From Hyphochytrium catenoides (taxonomy: Eukaryota; Protista; Hyphochytriomycota), in contig FLMG01000879.1 in NCBI GenBank assembly GCA_900088475.1, forward strand, positions 1 through 40,653: DNA of 40,653 bases, read 5' to 3'. Below are positions 9,721 through 21,559 of the stretch, one piece after another; positions within the stretch are counted from its first letter, which is position 1; each line of letters opens with the position of its first letter. The position numbers were made by a program, and so were the translations under genes. The notes beneath the pieces are model-generated. The model was not told the origin of the DNA. It saw nothing but the letters and a program-made list of their open reading frames with translations, and searched no databases.

Positions 9721-11519
9721 TTCCAAGCTATTGTCACGAGCCGGGAGAAAAAGAATTGCCAAAAGAAGAGGCGGCCGCCGACGTTTGAGATGAAAGGTCA
9801 CATCGTTGTTGCACGGTAGAGGAGCCTTGCTGTGCTCTCAATAAGTTAGGGAAATGGTGCTTCTTCAAGACTATAAGTAAGGGAGGGAGGGTTAGGGGTA
9901 CTTACAAGTACTGACTTAGGCCGATTCTACCCTCTCTCTGGCCAATCTCTCTACCTTAGTATTGTACTAATATCCTGTTCACAAGCAGGCTAGTAGTCTG
10001 GGGTGGGTGGTGCTCAACTACCATCGCTTGATAAGTTTCAATGTAATCAACGTCATCTACCCACCCGTTCCGTTCATCAGGTTATTGCCACATCCAATTG
10101 TAAGAACGGCATCTTGGTGGTGATCACACTTTTTTCTTGAGGCAGCAATGCCAATAAGCCTGTGGCAACTCCTACAGGGTTGTAGCTATGTCAAGCAATT
10201 GTAAGAAGACAGAGGGAAGCTCTTCTTGCATAAACAGGGGCATGAGGTAACCTATAAGCTTCTTTCTCGCAGTTGACGAAATGGTTATTAGCAGCAACAA
10301 CCATGAGTGAACATTGCTAAAAATACCCATTGTTCTGGCGACTGATCTTGGTGTAGTGTGCATTCTCTCTCCGCATGCTCAAGCTAGAACAAGCTACCTG
10401 TCACCTTTGTCTTATTGTGCCGTGGTCTTTGATATCTCAAGTAGTAGTAAGGCCTTAGTCAGCCAGAGGCAAGAGGTGGTGATATCATCTTCCACCTGTT
10501 CCTCTTTCTTCTTTGTAGCGTTTTTTGGTATGACCAACACTGACCTCGTTCTTCTACATATATCCTGAAAGAGTAGAAAGAAGTATGATGCGAAGTTCAT
10601 CTAAGTAGTAGTAGGAGGAGGAGTGTTCCTCTTTGTAGCCTTCTTCTATCTTCAACAACAACAATCAATGATTTTTCTCGTTCACCCTCCTCACTTATTA
10701 CCATGTGGGTGGAAGAAGTACGGGAAGTGGGTAGAGCCTGAGGACACCTTTCAGATCAAGATTGGCCGAACGAGGAAGCCCCTTCCCTTATCTTCATGCA
10801 TAACAATAGAAGCGGTATGTTTCTTCTCTACTACATGGTACTTGTTAGGTACTTTGGTAGTAGCGAAGTGCTACCGCCTAGCTTCTGATGGTCAATATGC
10901 CCTCATACTTTCAGCGGCGATAGCACTACCGACTAATAGTGTTATTTAGGGTCTGTCGAACAGACCGAAAGATCTATTTGCTAACGAATAGGGACTTCAC
11001 GCCCGGGGCCATCGTTAGGTTGACCCCACAGTACAAGTCCCAGCCACAATGAGGCCACGCTAGACGCCAACCTTATCGGAGGAATGGTCTTCATCATAAG
11101 TGAACAACTCGTTGAGAGAGAGGTATCAGATTGTTGGACTTGTGCTCTTCCTCCTAGGAAGTTGATGACTAGTGAACTGTTGATCGGTCGTCGACTTATC
11201 AAATGGTGCCCAACAAGCCCTTGTCTTCTAGCGTTCTTCTTCTAGAGCTACTTACGTAGCTAAACTTTGTCTACTAACGACTAGCTACTACCACTACTAG
11301 TAGAAGGAGAAAGAAGAAAGAGATGCTGCTGTTGATGACAACTCTTCTGACCTTCGTCGGGGAGCTTGGTTGTGGCATTTCTTTTCCTATTCAGCAGCAA
11401 GAAGTCCTCACCAATCGCCCGTCACCTTCTTCTTCTTTATTCCTGACTTCTTCACAGCCTTTTTACTTCTTGTGGCCCACATCAGCATTACTCACATATT
11501 AGGTGGAGGAGGTCCTACG

Positions 11520-13870
11520 ACGTACGACCGGGCGCAACAGCAGCAGCAAGCAGCAGACCACGAAAACTCCCATATTGCACCAACGTGGCCGAGAAAAGAT
11601 CATCGTCTGGCCAATACTCTTGCAAGACTCCCAACAACGTTGGACCCAAGTAGCAGAACGCCTTCATCAACATCTCCTTCACTCAATCCCGCAGCGGCGG
11701 GGTTGCTAGCGATGCTGGCTCTCCTTCTGCCGCTGCTTCGCTCATTTGGCATGCTTTTCCTCTTTTTCCACCTACAGTATTTCCCACCGATTAGGACGCT
11801 CAGTCATTAGGGAGCACCGAGCGGCAATGTGCTTTCGGCAATGACAATCTTACTGATTGCACAATAAGATGCTTCAAGGACATTCCCTGCGACCGTGAAA
11901 GTTTACTATACGTCCGACAGTCTAGCGGATCTGGTCAGCTCGTGCAAGAGCTAGCGGAAGAAATGGGTACAGAATGGAAGAAACGAGAAACCGCTTTCAA
12001 CAAGAAAACAGCAGAATCGCGTCCTATGCTTGCACTATCAAATTTGTGAGCGCACACCGGGGAGCCATTGAGCGCCTTCAGACTCTGTCCTCCTACGCCT
12101 TTAAGCGTGCTAGCATGACCGGAGATATCTCGGTCACTGTAAGACCCCCAACGGCGCCAGGAAGAACTTTGAAGAGAGGGATGATTGGCATCGTGAAGCG
12201 TTGCGATCCCTGACCTGACGACCACTGTGGATGTTTCCTTTTTTCCAGCCCCCCGTCGTAATGAAGAAGTATGTTCGTTTATATCACGTTGCGCACAAAG
12301 TAGTCATGTCTACTAGTTGCCCTGCCGCCAGCTGAGAGAGTTCGTCAATTCATCTTCGATGTATCGGGGAACAACAGCCTGCGCATAGTATGGAGAGACT
12401 CGCTTTGGCTGCCTCAATAGACAACGACCCACTAGAAACAGATTCGAGAAAGCTCTCACCTGGCCGATCTGTTATCAGAGGCAAAACCGATGGAGTCGGA
12501 GACGAGTACATTTTCCAAGACGCTTGTGGGGTAGGAGCATCGGAACTTTTGCAGTGCTTCCCAAGCTCTTAACTGCGAAGAAGGCGATCTGCTTGTACCA
12601 GCTTCACTCCTCAGGGATATCACAGCCTCTTCTAGGGTAAGTGAATGTATTGTCCATTTGAGAGTAAGCTGGGTAATATGTCCAAAGCAAGTAACATGGA
12701 TGGTGGTCGGAGGCAACCTCAGCTGAACATCCAGAAACTAACGGCTATTGGTCTCCTGTCGAGAGTGTCTAGGGCAGGAGGAGCAGTTGAACGGTCTTCT
12801 GGGGATAAGAGGGCAGTCCAAGGCCTCGGTAGCAAACACTCAGCACACCATTATGGTAGCTGTCTCTTATGTCATCAGCGTTGCTCTGCACGAGAGCGGA
12901 GACGCGTCAAGACAGGTTGCCGAAGAGTTCATGACAATTGAGCGTGAGGGTGGCGGCTTGCCCCTTGAGCTCCCGGTGCGTGGTGGCCGTTTCTGTAGAT
13001 GGTGTATACGGCTGTAAGTCTACTAAAACCAACATGATGGCTCGATCTAAGGCCATGATGGGTGAGATGGCCATTGACACGAAGACTGATAACCCCGTTG
13101 TTAATTGATGTGAGGATCTATTCTACGGACTGTGGCCGTTTTGTATACAACCACCTTCGTCCCAGAGAGGTAATGACTCACCCAGAATCGTGCCATCGCA
13201 ACCTTTATAAATGGGTCTATCTGTCCTGGCGAAGCGAAGGCCCTGGAAAAGATAGGAAAAGTCCAGTACGAAGTATTGGGGCTATGCTGTCGAGATGTGG
13301 TAACGGAGGATGGAGATTTTCGAACGCAAGCAGCCATGAACGAAGGGTCAGAGCATCATGATGTTGGTACGGCCCTTGTTTGGCACAGGGCAACATCAAG
13401 TGCTCATCCGCTGCCCTCATAAGTGTGGAGCAAAGAATATACGCATCACAAGCACTCTCTCTCTGGGACGCTGCAAGACGGACGATGGCCAACAAGGAGG
13501 TTGTGACGGCGATTAGTGATGAGTTGAAGGGCACCGGTAACAGCAGGGCAACAAGGAGGGGACTGAGTTCGATGCGGCTATCAAAAGGACTGTGAGCCAA
13601 GGGAGGAGTATAGTTGATCTCCACTGCGTCTTACACCATGATGCTTGCGTAGCATCCTTCTGCTGCAGCAATGGGAAGAAGCTAGAGACCTCCCCAGGTA
13701 TACTCAACTTGAGCGCCAACGGACGGAGGTACTGTCCTCGCTTCCTCTTCTTCTGGTGCTGAACGTCAGCGCCCAGCGAGACAACAATCTTCAGGAGGCA
13801 AGCTTCTCTAGCGAGATTACAGAGGAGGAGGAGTGCAAGGCTTGCTTTTGTTGAGTGTGGAGCTGACAAC
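11520..13870 (-). pseudogene. Long fragmented fossil gene, family unknown
   Basis: Protein-like minus-strand segments in shifting frames, broken by TAG/TGA: IELSPLLVALLLPVPFNSSLIAV; ALDRAIMLVLVDLQPY...HRELKGQAATLTLNCHELFGNLS*RVSALVQSNADDIRDSYHNGVLSVCYRGLG; FTMPIIPLFKVLPGAVGGLTVTEISPVMLARLKA*; EMLMKAFCYLGPTLLGVLQEYWPDDDLF. Confidence 0.35.
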
Positions 13871-15174
13871 CAACGACACTGAAAGCACTCATTCGAACAT
13901 TGCCAAGTAGTTGACTACCGTTGCTGTTGCGGAAAGAGGCTTCTGTGATATTAGTAGTAGCAGTAGTGCCTCCTCCTTGGGATCTACCACGACTAGAAGT
14001 GGAAGAACAGAGAAGAGGAGAGTTGCTGACAGGATAACAACCAAAATGATGGAGGACTTTGTAAAACAGTTATCACTCAGTTATGATTAATCTCTTTGTG
14101 GTGGCCCTTGCCACATCGACATTACCTGAACAAACAAGAAGGGCAACGCGCTCACAAGCTGCTGCTGCCTCTTTCGGCTGCCACATCTTAATAATAAAAG
14201 AAGCGCTGCAGCGAGCCGTCGTCCTCGCTCCCTCCATCATCATCCCCACAGGTTGCATCTCTTGTCAGTGGTTGATAGATGACTCCTGACAGCTCGTGAA
14301 TCATTGAGGCCGCCGCGACCGACCGAAGAGTCGCCTCTGCCGAAGCAAGGTGCTAGTAGGAGGGCTGCACCGTGCCCAATGACCATAAGAGCGTGGTGAC
14401 GATCAAACGAAGGTCGCTATCAAAACTGAGGTGGTGGAGGGTGGCTCTTGGCCTTCATTGCCACAGCAGCCCATACAACCATCGCACGATAGCAGTGGGG
14501 CCGCTGACGGTAGAAGATAAAAAGGCGGGCAGGGCTTATCTTCTACTTCCTTTGGGAGCGAACTTCCAGTCCTCGTTGGAGCCTGCCTGAAGCTACCTCT
14601 CTCTCCCTTTCCATCTTACGAAGCAGTACCTTACTGCTCGCACTCGTTCAGGTAGCGATCTCCTCTGCCTGTCACCTGGAGGACTTTACTACATTTCTGG
14701 GATCACAAAGAGCTCCTACCCGCTCTGAGGTGGTTGGTGGAGGCTTGCCATCCTTGTACAGCGTGTCTCTTCTGACCATTCTGAAGTTCTATCGCAGCCA
14801 TAGTCGTGGGAGCAGTCATAGTCTTCTTCCGTAGGCCGCATTCTTCCATTACTTTCGATTTATAGAAGAACTGCAGGGTGCTTGGCAAACCAACACTAAC
14901 CCCACCGGAAGAACTTGATCCTTGCGTTCCTTGTTTCTCGAAAACAAACCGTGCTAACTATAGCAAGGCACGAACCACCAGCCGAAGTAACCGAAGCGAA
15001 AAAGCTCCTTGTACACTAAGGAAGTCCTCTACGAGCCACGACGAAGTACGCGAGTGAAGAATGGTTGCGTGAGAAGAAGCTTGCAAGGTAACAACTCGTG
15101 GCAGCAGCCTCAATCAAGAGCAAACAGACCCAACATAGGTGAAGCCTAAACACGAGGAGGAATAGCAGAAAACG

Positions 15175-15639
15175 ATGAGCAGTAGGGGGGTTAATCAGCA
15201 ACAGCCCGCAAGGCACGCCAATTATCTCAGCATTCTCACTCACTCCACGCAGACTGAGATTACCAATTCAGGCAGCACTGCAAGGGACCATTTGGCCAAT
15301 GAACGCACATTTCTGGCCTGGCTGCGGACTGGTGTTACTCTGGCGGCCCTCGGTTTGGCTTTGGTGCGTCTCGAGCTCTACATTGATGCGCAACAACAGA
15401 CGTCACCTGACAGCACGACGTCCAAGAAAGGGAATGGCCTGCATGGTTACACCTTCGCGCTGATGTTGGTCGGTCTGGGCATTTTGGCTATCATGGGAGC
15501 TTTTTATCGCTTCGTGCGGGTGACTCGGAGTCTGAATAGCTCCAAATTTGTCATCGGGATCCACGGTGCGCTCATGGCAACAGTGCTTGCTGGAGGGGTA
15601 TTTGTTGCTCTGTTCATTCTCATCCTTATAGCGTGGTAA
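15175..15639 (+). CDS. DUF202 (YidH/Vtc1-like) small 3-TM membrane protein
   Basis: Diagnostic GSTARDHLANERTFLAWLRT followed by three hydrophobic helices. ATG to TAA intact, no intron. Confidence 0.92.
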   Translation: MSSRGVNQQQPARHANYLSILTHSTQTEITNSGSTARDHLANERTFLAWLRTGVTLAALGLALVRLELYIDAQQQTSPDSTTSKKGNGLHGYTFALMLVGLGILAIMGAFYRFVRVTRSLNSSKFVIGIHGALMATVLAGGVFVALFILILIAW

Positions 15640-16419
15640 GCGCTTTCTCATATTGAATCCATCCACAACGGCTCCTGCATGGGGCTGTTGCCGGGTAGTC
15701 TCAGCGACGAAAGCCTTCTCATCACCATGCGCCAAAGAAAGGAAGCAGCAATAGTAATAATAAGATTGTAGAAATAGTGGCTTCGATGTGTATTAACAAA
15801 CAAGAAGGAGGACCAGCGGGCTCACTGCCCTTCTAAGGTTAGGATCTTGAAGCGCTCCTCCCCTCCATGTCACACATGCTGGCTCTGTTGGCACGCTAGG
15901 GATTGAAGGATCTAATTGGCGTTGCAGCAGACCAGAGCATGATGAGTGATGAGTCAGGAGTTAGTCGTCTATTGCCTCTCATCATCCCTCAGCTGTTTCT
16001 AGCTCTGGATGATGTGCCAGCAGCCAGCTTCCATTGCTAATAATGTTAAGAGACGGCAGTACCAGGCCAGACAGAGGCCAAGAAGACATGATCGAAGCAT
16101 GTAACGGCCCAAACCCAACCCACCCACTGCGTTTTCACCACCTCAGTCCCTTTGGTACATTGCCAGACCTAGTATTGTCGCTGAACTAGATAAGCCTCCA
16201 GAGAAAGTCGTATAACAATTCCTCTAGAGAAGACGTGGAAAAGATAATTCACATATTTAACCTTTGTGATCTATATCTATATGATGCCTTACAGAAGCCT
16301 TCCGGAGTTTATCGTTAGAACTTGTTCGTTGAGCGCGTACAGTATTGTAGTCATCACCCAACCGTTTCACTCTGAGGAACCCCATCATCCTCTGGCTCTT
16401 CCTAGAGACTATTGCACCT

Positions 16420-16562
<143 letters not shown>

Positions 16563-17469
16563 CACCGCGCCACCTCTTCATCATTGGTTGTTTCCCGGGT
16601 GGAGCTTGATCATTGCAGTCTCGGCCTGTCACCATCCCTCTTCTCCTTTCTTCCTCTGCTCTAGTCCTCCAGATAGCCGTCTCGTTAGTCCTCAGTCAGT
16701 CAAATGAGCCTCTCTCTTTTTCTTTCTGCCCATGACTGGGGATGTGGCGCTGCTGCTGACTTGATCTCGCTACCGCTCTCTGTAGCGCCCATCGACCTTT
16801 CCTCTTCCCTCCTCTCCTCCTCGGCCACCGTGCGGTCGTCATCCCCTGTTTCCCTATGCTTACGCTGTATCTTCGATGTGCTCCACCGTCCTCATCTCTC
16901 TGCTCTGATAGGTTACATGCCGCTGTTGTCAGGGAGCGGATGCTAGTCCCTGTCAGTTCACTCTGTGACTATAGGCAGCGGATAGCTCGGCCTTAGCGGC
17001 TGTCTGAGGTCTTTCGCCCGCCGCAGCGCATCCTCAGGACTGGAACTGTACCAATGTGCGCGTGATATCTGCTGAGCCCGAGCTGCAGCTGGACGCCTCT
17101 GGAAGCGGCTCTGTAGTGCTGAAGGATAGGAGGAGCAGTTAATAGCTGTGACTCTTGCGAATCAGAGGCCAGCCTCCAGATGTCCATCATGGGGTCTAAC
17201 TCTTGGGAAGGAAGGACGGGCCATAAGATTCTTGGGCTAGCTTCTTGGTGAAGAAGCTGCTGAGGCGTAGAACCGCTCGGGTTTGCTCCTTCTGTGGGAG
17301 GTCTAGAAAGCAGTGGCATAGAAGGACACCGCTCTGCTATCCTCTTCTCTGACGAGTCTTTAATCTTCCACAAAGTGCTAAGCCCACCGTCTCTCACACG
17401 TCAAGGCGCATTCGTATCGCTCTCGTGGGTTCACCGCCTGATGCACCTTCTGAAGCTGCACTTGCCATT

Positions 17470-20400
17470 ATGTCAAACGTGTGCTGGACCATCGCGCCTG
17501 TGCCAGAGTATGTTCCTCCTTTCATGGATTCGAGAGGAACTGTCGCCTCAGCGATTTTCTCTCCACGTCGTCACGCCATGTACAGATCATTCGTCCGGAG
17601 CGGAGGCTACGTAGCAACTATCGGCTCCTCTCTGACCATAGCTCTCGTTAGCTTCAGCATACATCTACATGGTCACTTCAGCCCTGCATTGACCACGTGC
17701 TCCGCTGTGTTCTTTCTTGTTTACCTGGCTCTCCTGACTGCAGAGGCGCATGGCCGGCTCTTACGCCGAATCTTCTACCAGTTCCACGGCGGGCTGTTCA
17801 TCTTCCATTCGATCACGCCGATTATCCACTTCATTGTCTATGAAGGTGTGATCTTAGGAAACTTTAGTACCGCCGCGGCGTTCGTCACCGGCGCTATGGC
17901 TTCGATCTTTACTGTCTTTCTTGTGGATGCGACTCCGCAGATAGCTGCTGCGCCCAAGGTGGCGTCCGCAGTTATCATCGGGGGCAGCTTGGCCGCTACG
18001 TTTTATATGTTCTGGTGAGTGCCTTCGTCCGTAGGTGAGAGACCGACCATAAGCCTGGCAGATACTCGGGGTTGGAGAGAGCGAAAAGCAAAGAGAGACG
18101 AAGAGAGATGGAGAAAGCCACTGAGCACGAACCTGGGAAGAGAGAGAAGAAATGGCAGCACCAAGAGGTGGGAGGGGCGCAAGAGAGAGGGGAGAACGAA
18201 CGAGAGAGAGAGTGCGTGATTGCTATCTAAAGGAAACGGGTTAAAGGATGTATATAGAGACAGAGAGACAGACAGGGAGAGCTTGACGGTTGGCAAGCTA
18301 TAAATAGATAGTGGTCCTGTTGCTGTCGAGAGAAGCATTAGCAACTGCGGCACCGGCCAAAGAAGTCTATCACTAATAACTCAGTAATCTGTGCCCTCTA
18401 GGATCGCTGTTAACCTTTACTACGACTCCTCCCCAGACCTGGAGAAGCTTCAAGTCGTTCTCTTCAAGGTCCCTGTCCGTCCCTGGCTGGTGGCTGCTGA
18501 TTCTCTGGCCACAATGGGCATCTTAGAGCTGCAACAGCTGCGGCGATACGCAATTGTGGCATCAAGAAGGAGAGGTAGGAATGGGATCTCTCGCTTCGCC
18601 GTCATGCGTTGGCCAGTGGCTGTGGAAGAGCCAAGCGGGCCGCCTACAGCGCCTCCTCCGCCCTTATTTGACGCTTTGAAGCTCTCAGGGCTCCAAATCA
18701 GCAGAACAAGGTAGAGTCGCTTCTATCGCGTTCTGTGTCTCCTTTCCCAATGACTTAGCAGCTGCTGGCGTGGTAGTAGATCTTCATGGCTAGTCTCAAG
18801 AGGGCACCTATTCCCGGCCCTTCTCTGTTTTCTCCACTTCCTCTTTCTCAGACTGATGCGACCAAGTCCAGGTTCTCTTTTTCTCACCGCTGCCCAATCT
18901 CTCACTACTCTTCCTCACTTCTGTTTTTCTGTCCAAGCATCGCCGTTCCGTTCTCTGCTCTGTTTCTGCTCTCTCCCTTTCGAAACTAACCTTCTTCTCT
19001 TCCTGGATTTTCCCTCATGCTCTCTCCTTCTAACAACTTCAATTCCCGGTTCCCTCTGCACCCCATCCTACGTCTCTCCAAACTGTGCTCCATTCTTGGT
19101 GGTCTGTCGTGCTACCTTGCTGGGGCCTTTGTCCTCAGAGGCGAAGGTTACCACAAGAAGCTGTTCCTTCTTCGGCCGCTGATGGTTCCGCTCAGAATCC
19201 ATAGAAAGGAGAATGTGCGACAGGTTTTGGCCAAGAGGGCGGGGAAGCAAGAGACTTCCGTAGCTCCCGAGGCTAGAGGAACACCCGCTTCTGGATCCGC
19301 TTCTGCTGCCTCTGGTGGTCGAGTCTATAGAAATGCTTTTCGGTCAATTCCTTGGTGGCTGTTGAATAAGATGGAGGAAGACACAGTCCTGTCTGGCGCC
19401 GTCATTCTCTCCCTGGGCCTTCACACCTTAGCGCGGGTGGTAGAGGCGGACCCAGCCGTAGATGCGCTCTGTCTCACCCTAAATCTTTGCTTGAATGCGT
19501 GCCTTCTTTCGCGAAGCTCACCCTACCTCCTCTCTCTCGTTTGTCAATCATTTGACTTTGTAATGATCTCCTTTGCCTCGGCTGAGCTCTGCCTCTTGAG
19601 CGGGTTTCTTCTGCACTGGGATTGTAGGTAGGAAACTCATCTCTTACTCTGTCCCTTGCTTGCTGTCACTACTCTTTCTGTCGTGTCTTCAACCATCTCT
19701 ATTATCCTGCGCAGTCTCTCTCACTACTCTCCATAGTAGGTCCTCATGCTCTCTCTTTCTGGTTATGTAGATGTACTCATGCAGACACATTTGTCTCTTT
19801 CTCTTTGCGTTGCGCTGGCTTAGCGTCTATGCAGTCTTCGCTTGTGTCGCAGTCTTTATTTCTCTTCATTCCTTCCTTTCGCTCAGGATCTTCTTTGCGT
19901 TAGATGTCTTTCTTCTGCCACAGCTCCGACCGCGTAACCTCCTGTCCAGTCATTCCAGTCATTCACTTACTGACAGAAAGTCTGTTCCTTGATCTTCCTC
20001 TGTTCCACTCTCTGCTCTGGCTTCCCTATCTTTATCCCTGCCCCTATGTAGGTTCCTTTTGATGTTGGCCACGATCGCCACCATTGTCTCCGCCTTCATT
20101 GCGCAGGATGCCATTGTTCTTCCCGTGGCTGCGCGGCAGAAGTGGCTGATCCGGTACTTTACGGCCCTTCTAATGGTCGAGAGCTGCTGGGGCATCTACC
20201 TGGTAGCGCTCAAGAATATGTCCGATGGAGAAACAACAGAGGACGGGATAGTGCTTGCTGCCTCGTCTTCCTCTTCCCTTTCTCCAATTGCAAACTGGCA
20301 AGCACTTCGTTCTCCACTAAGTTTAGCGCTTGACGTGCTGGGAACTCTAATGTTTAACACGGCTAGGAGCGTGCTGAGCCTGCTACGGAGCCCTGAGCAC

Positions 20401-20742
20401 CTAGTGATCGTGGCGTCAGACATTGAGTTTGAGACTTGCTTCCGCAAAGAGACGAACTCTTTAGGAAGAGGAGGCGCAGTAGGTGGCAAGAAGAGAGAAG
20501 GGAAAGAGAACGAGTCTCATCGTCATCAGCAGATCGTACTCTCTTCCTTAGGTCAGCAAAGGGGATCCATCTCTACCAAAGAACAGGAGCCTGACAAGGA
20601 CTTACTCATAGCTGAGACCAGGTTAGAGACAGTGCGGACAGCGAGGGAGGAAACAGCATTGAAGCCGCCGCCGCCGCAGAAGCAGAAGCGGGCAACAGTG
20701 GTGGGAGAAAGGAGGAAGATCCTACCAGCAAAGCTGAGCTAA
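17470..20742 (+). CDS. Multi-pass membrane protein; probable 4 exons (17470-18014, 18402-18710, 19139-19627, 20052-20742), 5' end uncertain
   Basis: All three GT-AG junctions are phase 2 and rejoin in frame: TG|gtgagt...ctag|G (W); AG|gtagag...ctcag|A (R); AG|gtagga...tgtag|G (R). Branch-like CACTAAT (~18371), TTCTAAC (~19028) and TACTGAC (~19968). Exons 1, 3 and 4 are hydrophobic. It could instead be two tandem genes, the first ending at TAG 18714. Confidence 0.6.
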
Positions 20743-21104
20743 GGCGGCAGAGCAGACCGTAGTAGAACCGTCATTATAGAGATTCTACGGTTGACAGTGT
20801 CCGAAAGGAGCAAATAACAGTGGAACGCCAGACAGGTAACGTGGCGACTCTAGATAGTGGGAGAGAGGGCGAGAGAGGGAACGGAACGAGGATATCAGGA
20901 GAGAGACACTTCGAACCGGAGGGCGGCAAAGGATGGAGAGTCCAAAGCCCCGCTTGCCTTTCTCTCCTCTGTGTCTGCTGTACGCATCGTAGAGTTTTTC
21001 ATTGCATACGATGTGTCAGTCCTAAGATAAACCATAGGATGGGCCTCACTAGGTAGGCAGGCCGTCTGTCTGTTGAACTCCACGAGAAATAACGCTTCTT
21101 CTTC

Positions 21105-21194
21105 ATCTCTGCTTAGTAGCCTTGCTTAATCCTAAGAAAGCCTTTACCTCTTTTATCTCTGCTTGGTAGCCTCTATCCTGGAAAGCCTGTACCT
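21105..21194 (+). repeat. Two-copy degenerate tandem repeat, period ~50 bp
   Basis: atctctgctt(a/g)gtagcct...gaaagcct(t/g)tacct at 21105 and 21155. Confidence 0.75.
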
Positions 21195-21559
21195 GCTAGC
21201 GGACAGTGGTCAACGATCGGTCGGGAAAATGTCTCTCTGTTCTTCACTGTCTTGGTCTTTGTCTATTGCATATAGTTTATTTATGAGAGGTAAGCTTTAA
21301 CGCTAACATGCCGCACATCGGGCTTGATGGTAAGCCGCACAGTGAGAGATAAGCACAGCTTCGGACAGTGAAAGAACGATAAAACAGTCCCAATAGCATC
21401 TCTCTCTCTCATACTCTCTCTCTCTCTCTCTCAATCTCTCCTTTCCTGCATCTTCAATCCTTGTGTCGCGACCGCCTCTCCTGTCTATATATTCTCTGCT
21501 GCCTCATATGTGTCTATGACCCTCTTCCTTCAATCTCCGCCTGGACGAAACGACACGTT

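Noticed and set aside
6618-9801. Identical 520-aa length of the two convergent ORFs as a sign of duplication or design
   Set aside because: Both track starts are GTG. From the first ATG the lengths differ, and the proteins share no visible similarity.
9880-9900. gggttagggg and cccaaacccaaccc (~16108) as telomeric repeats
   Set aside because: Single imperfect units, not arrays.
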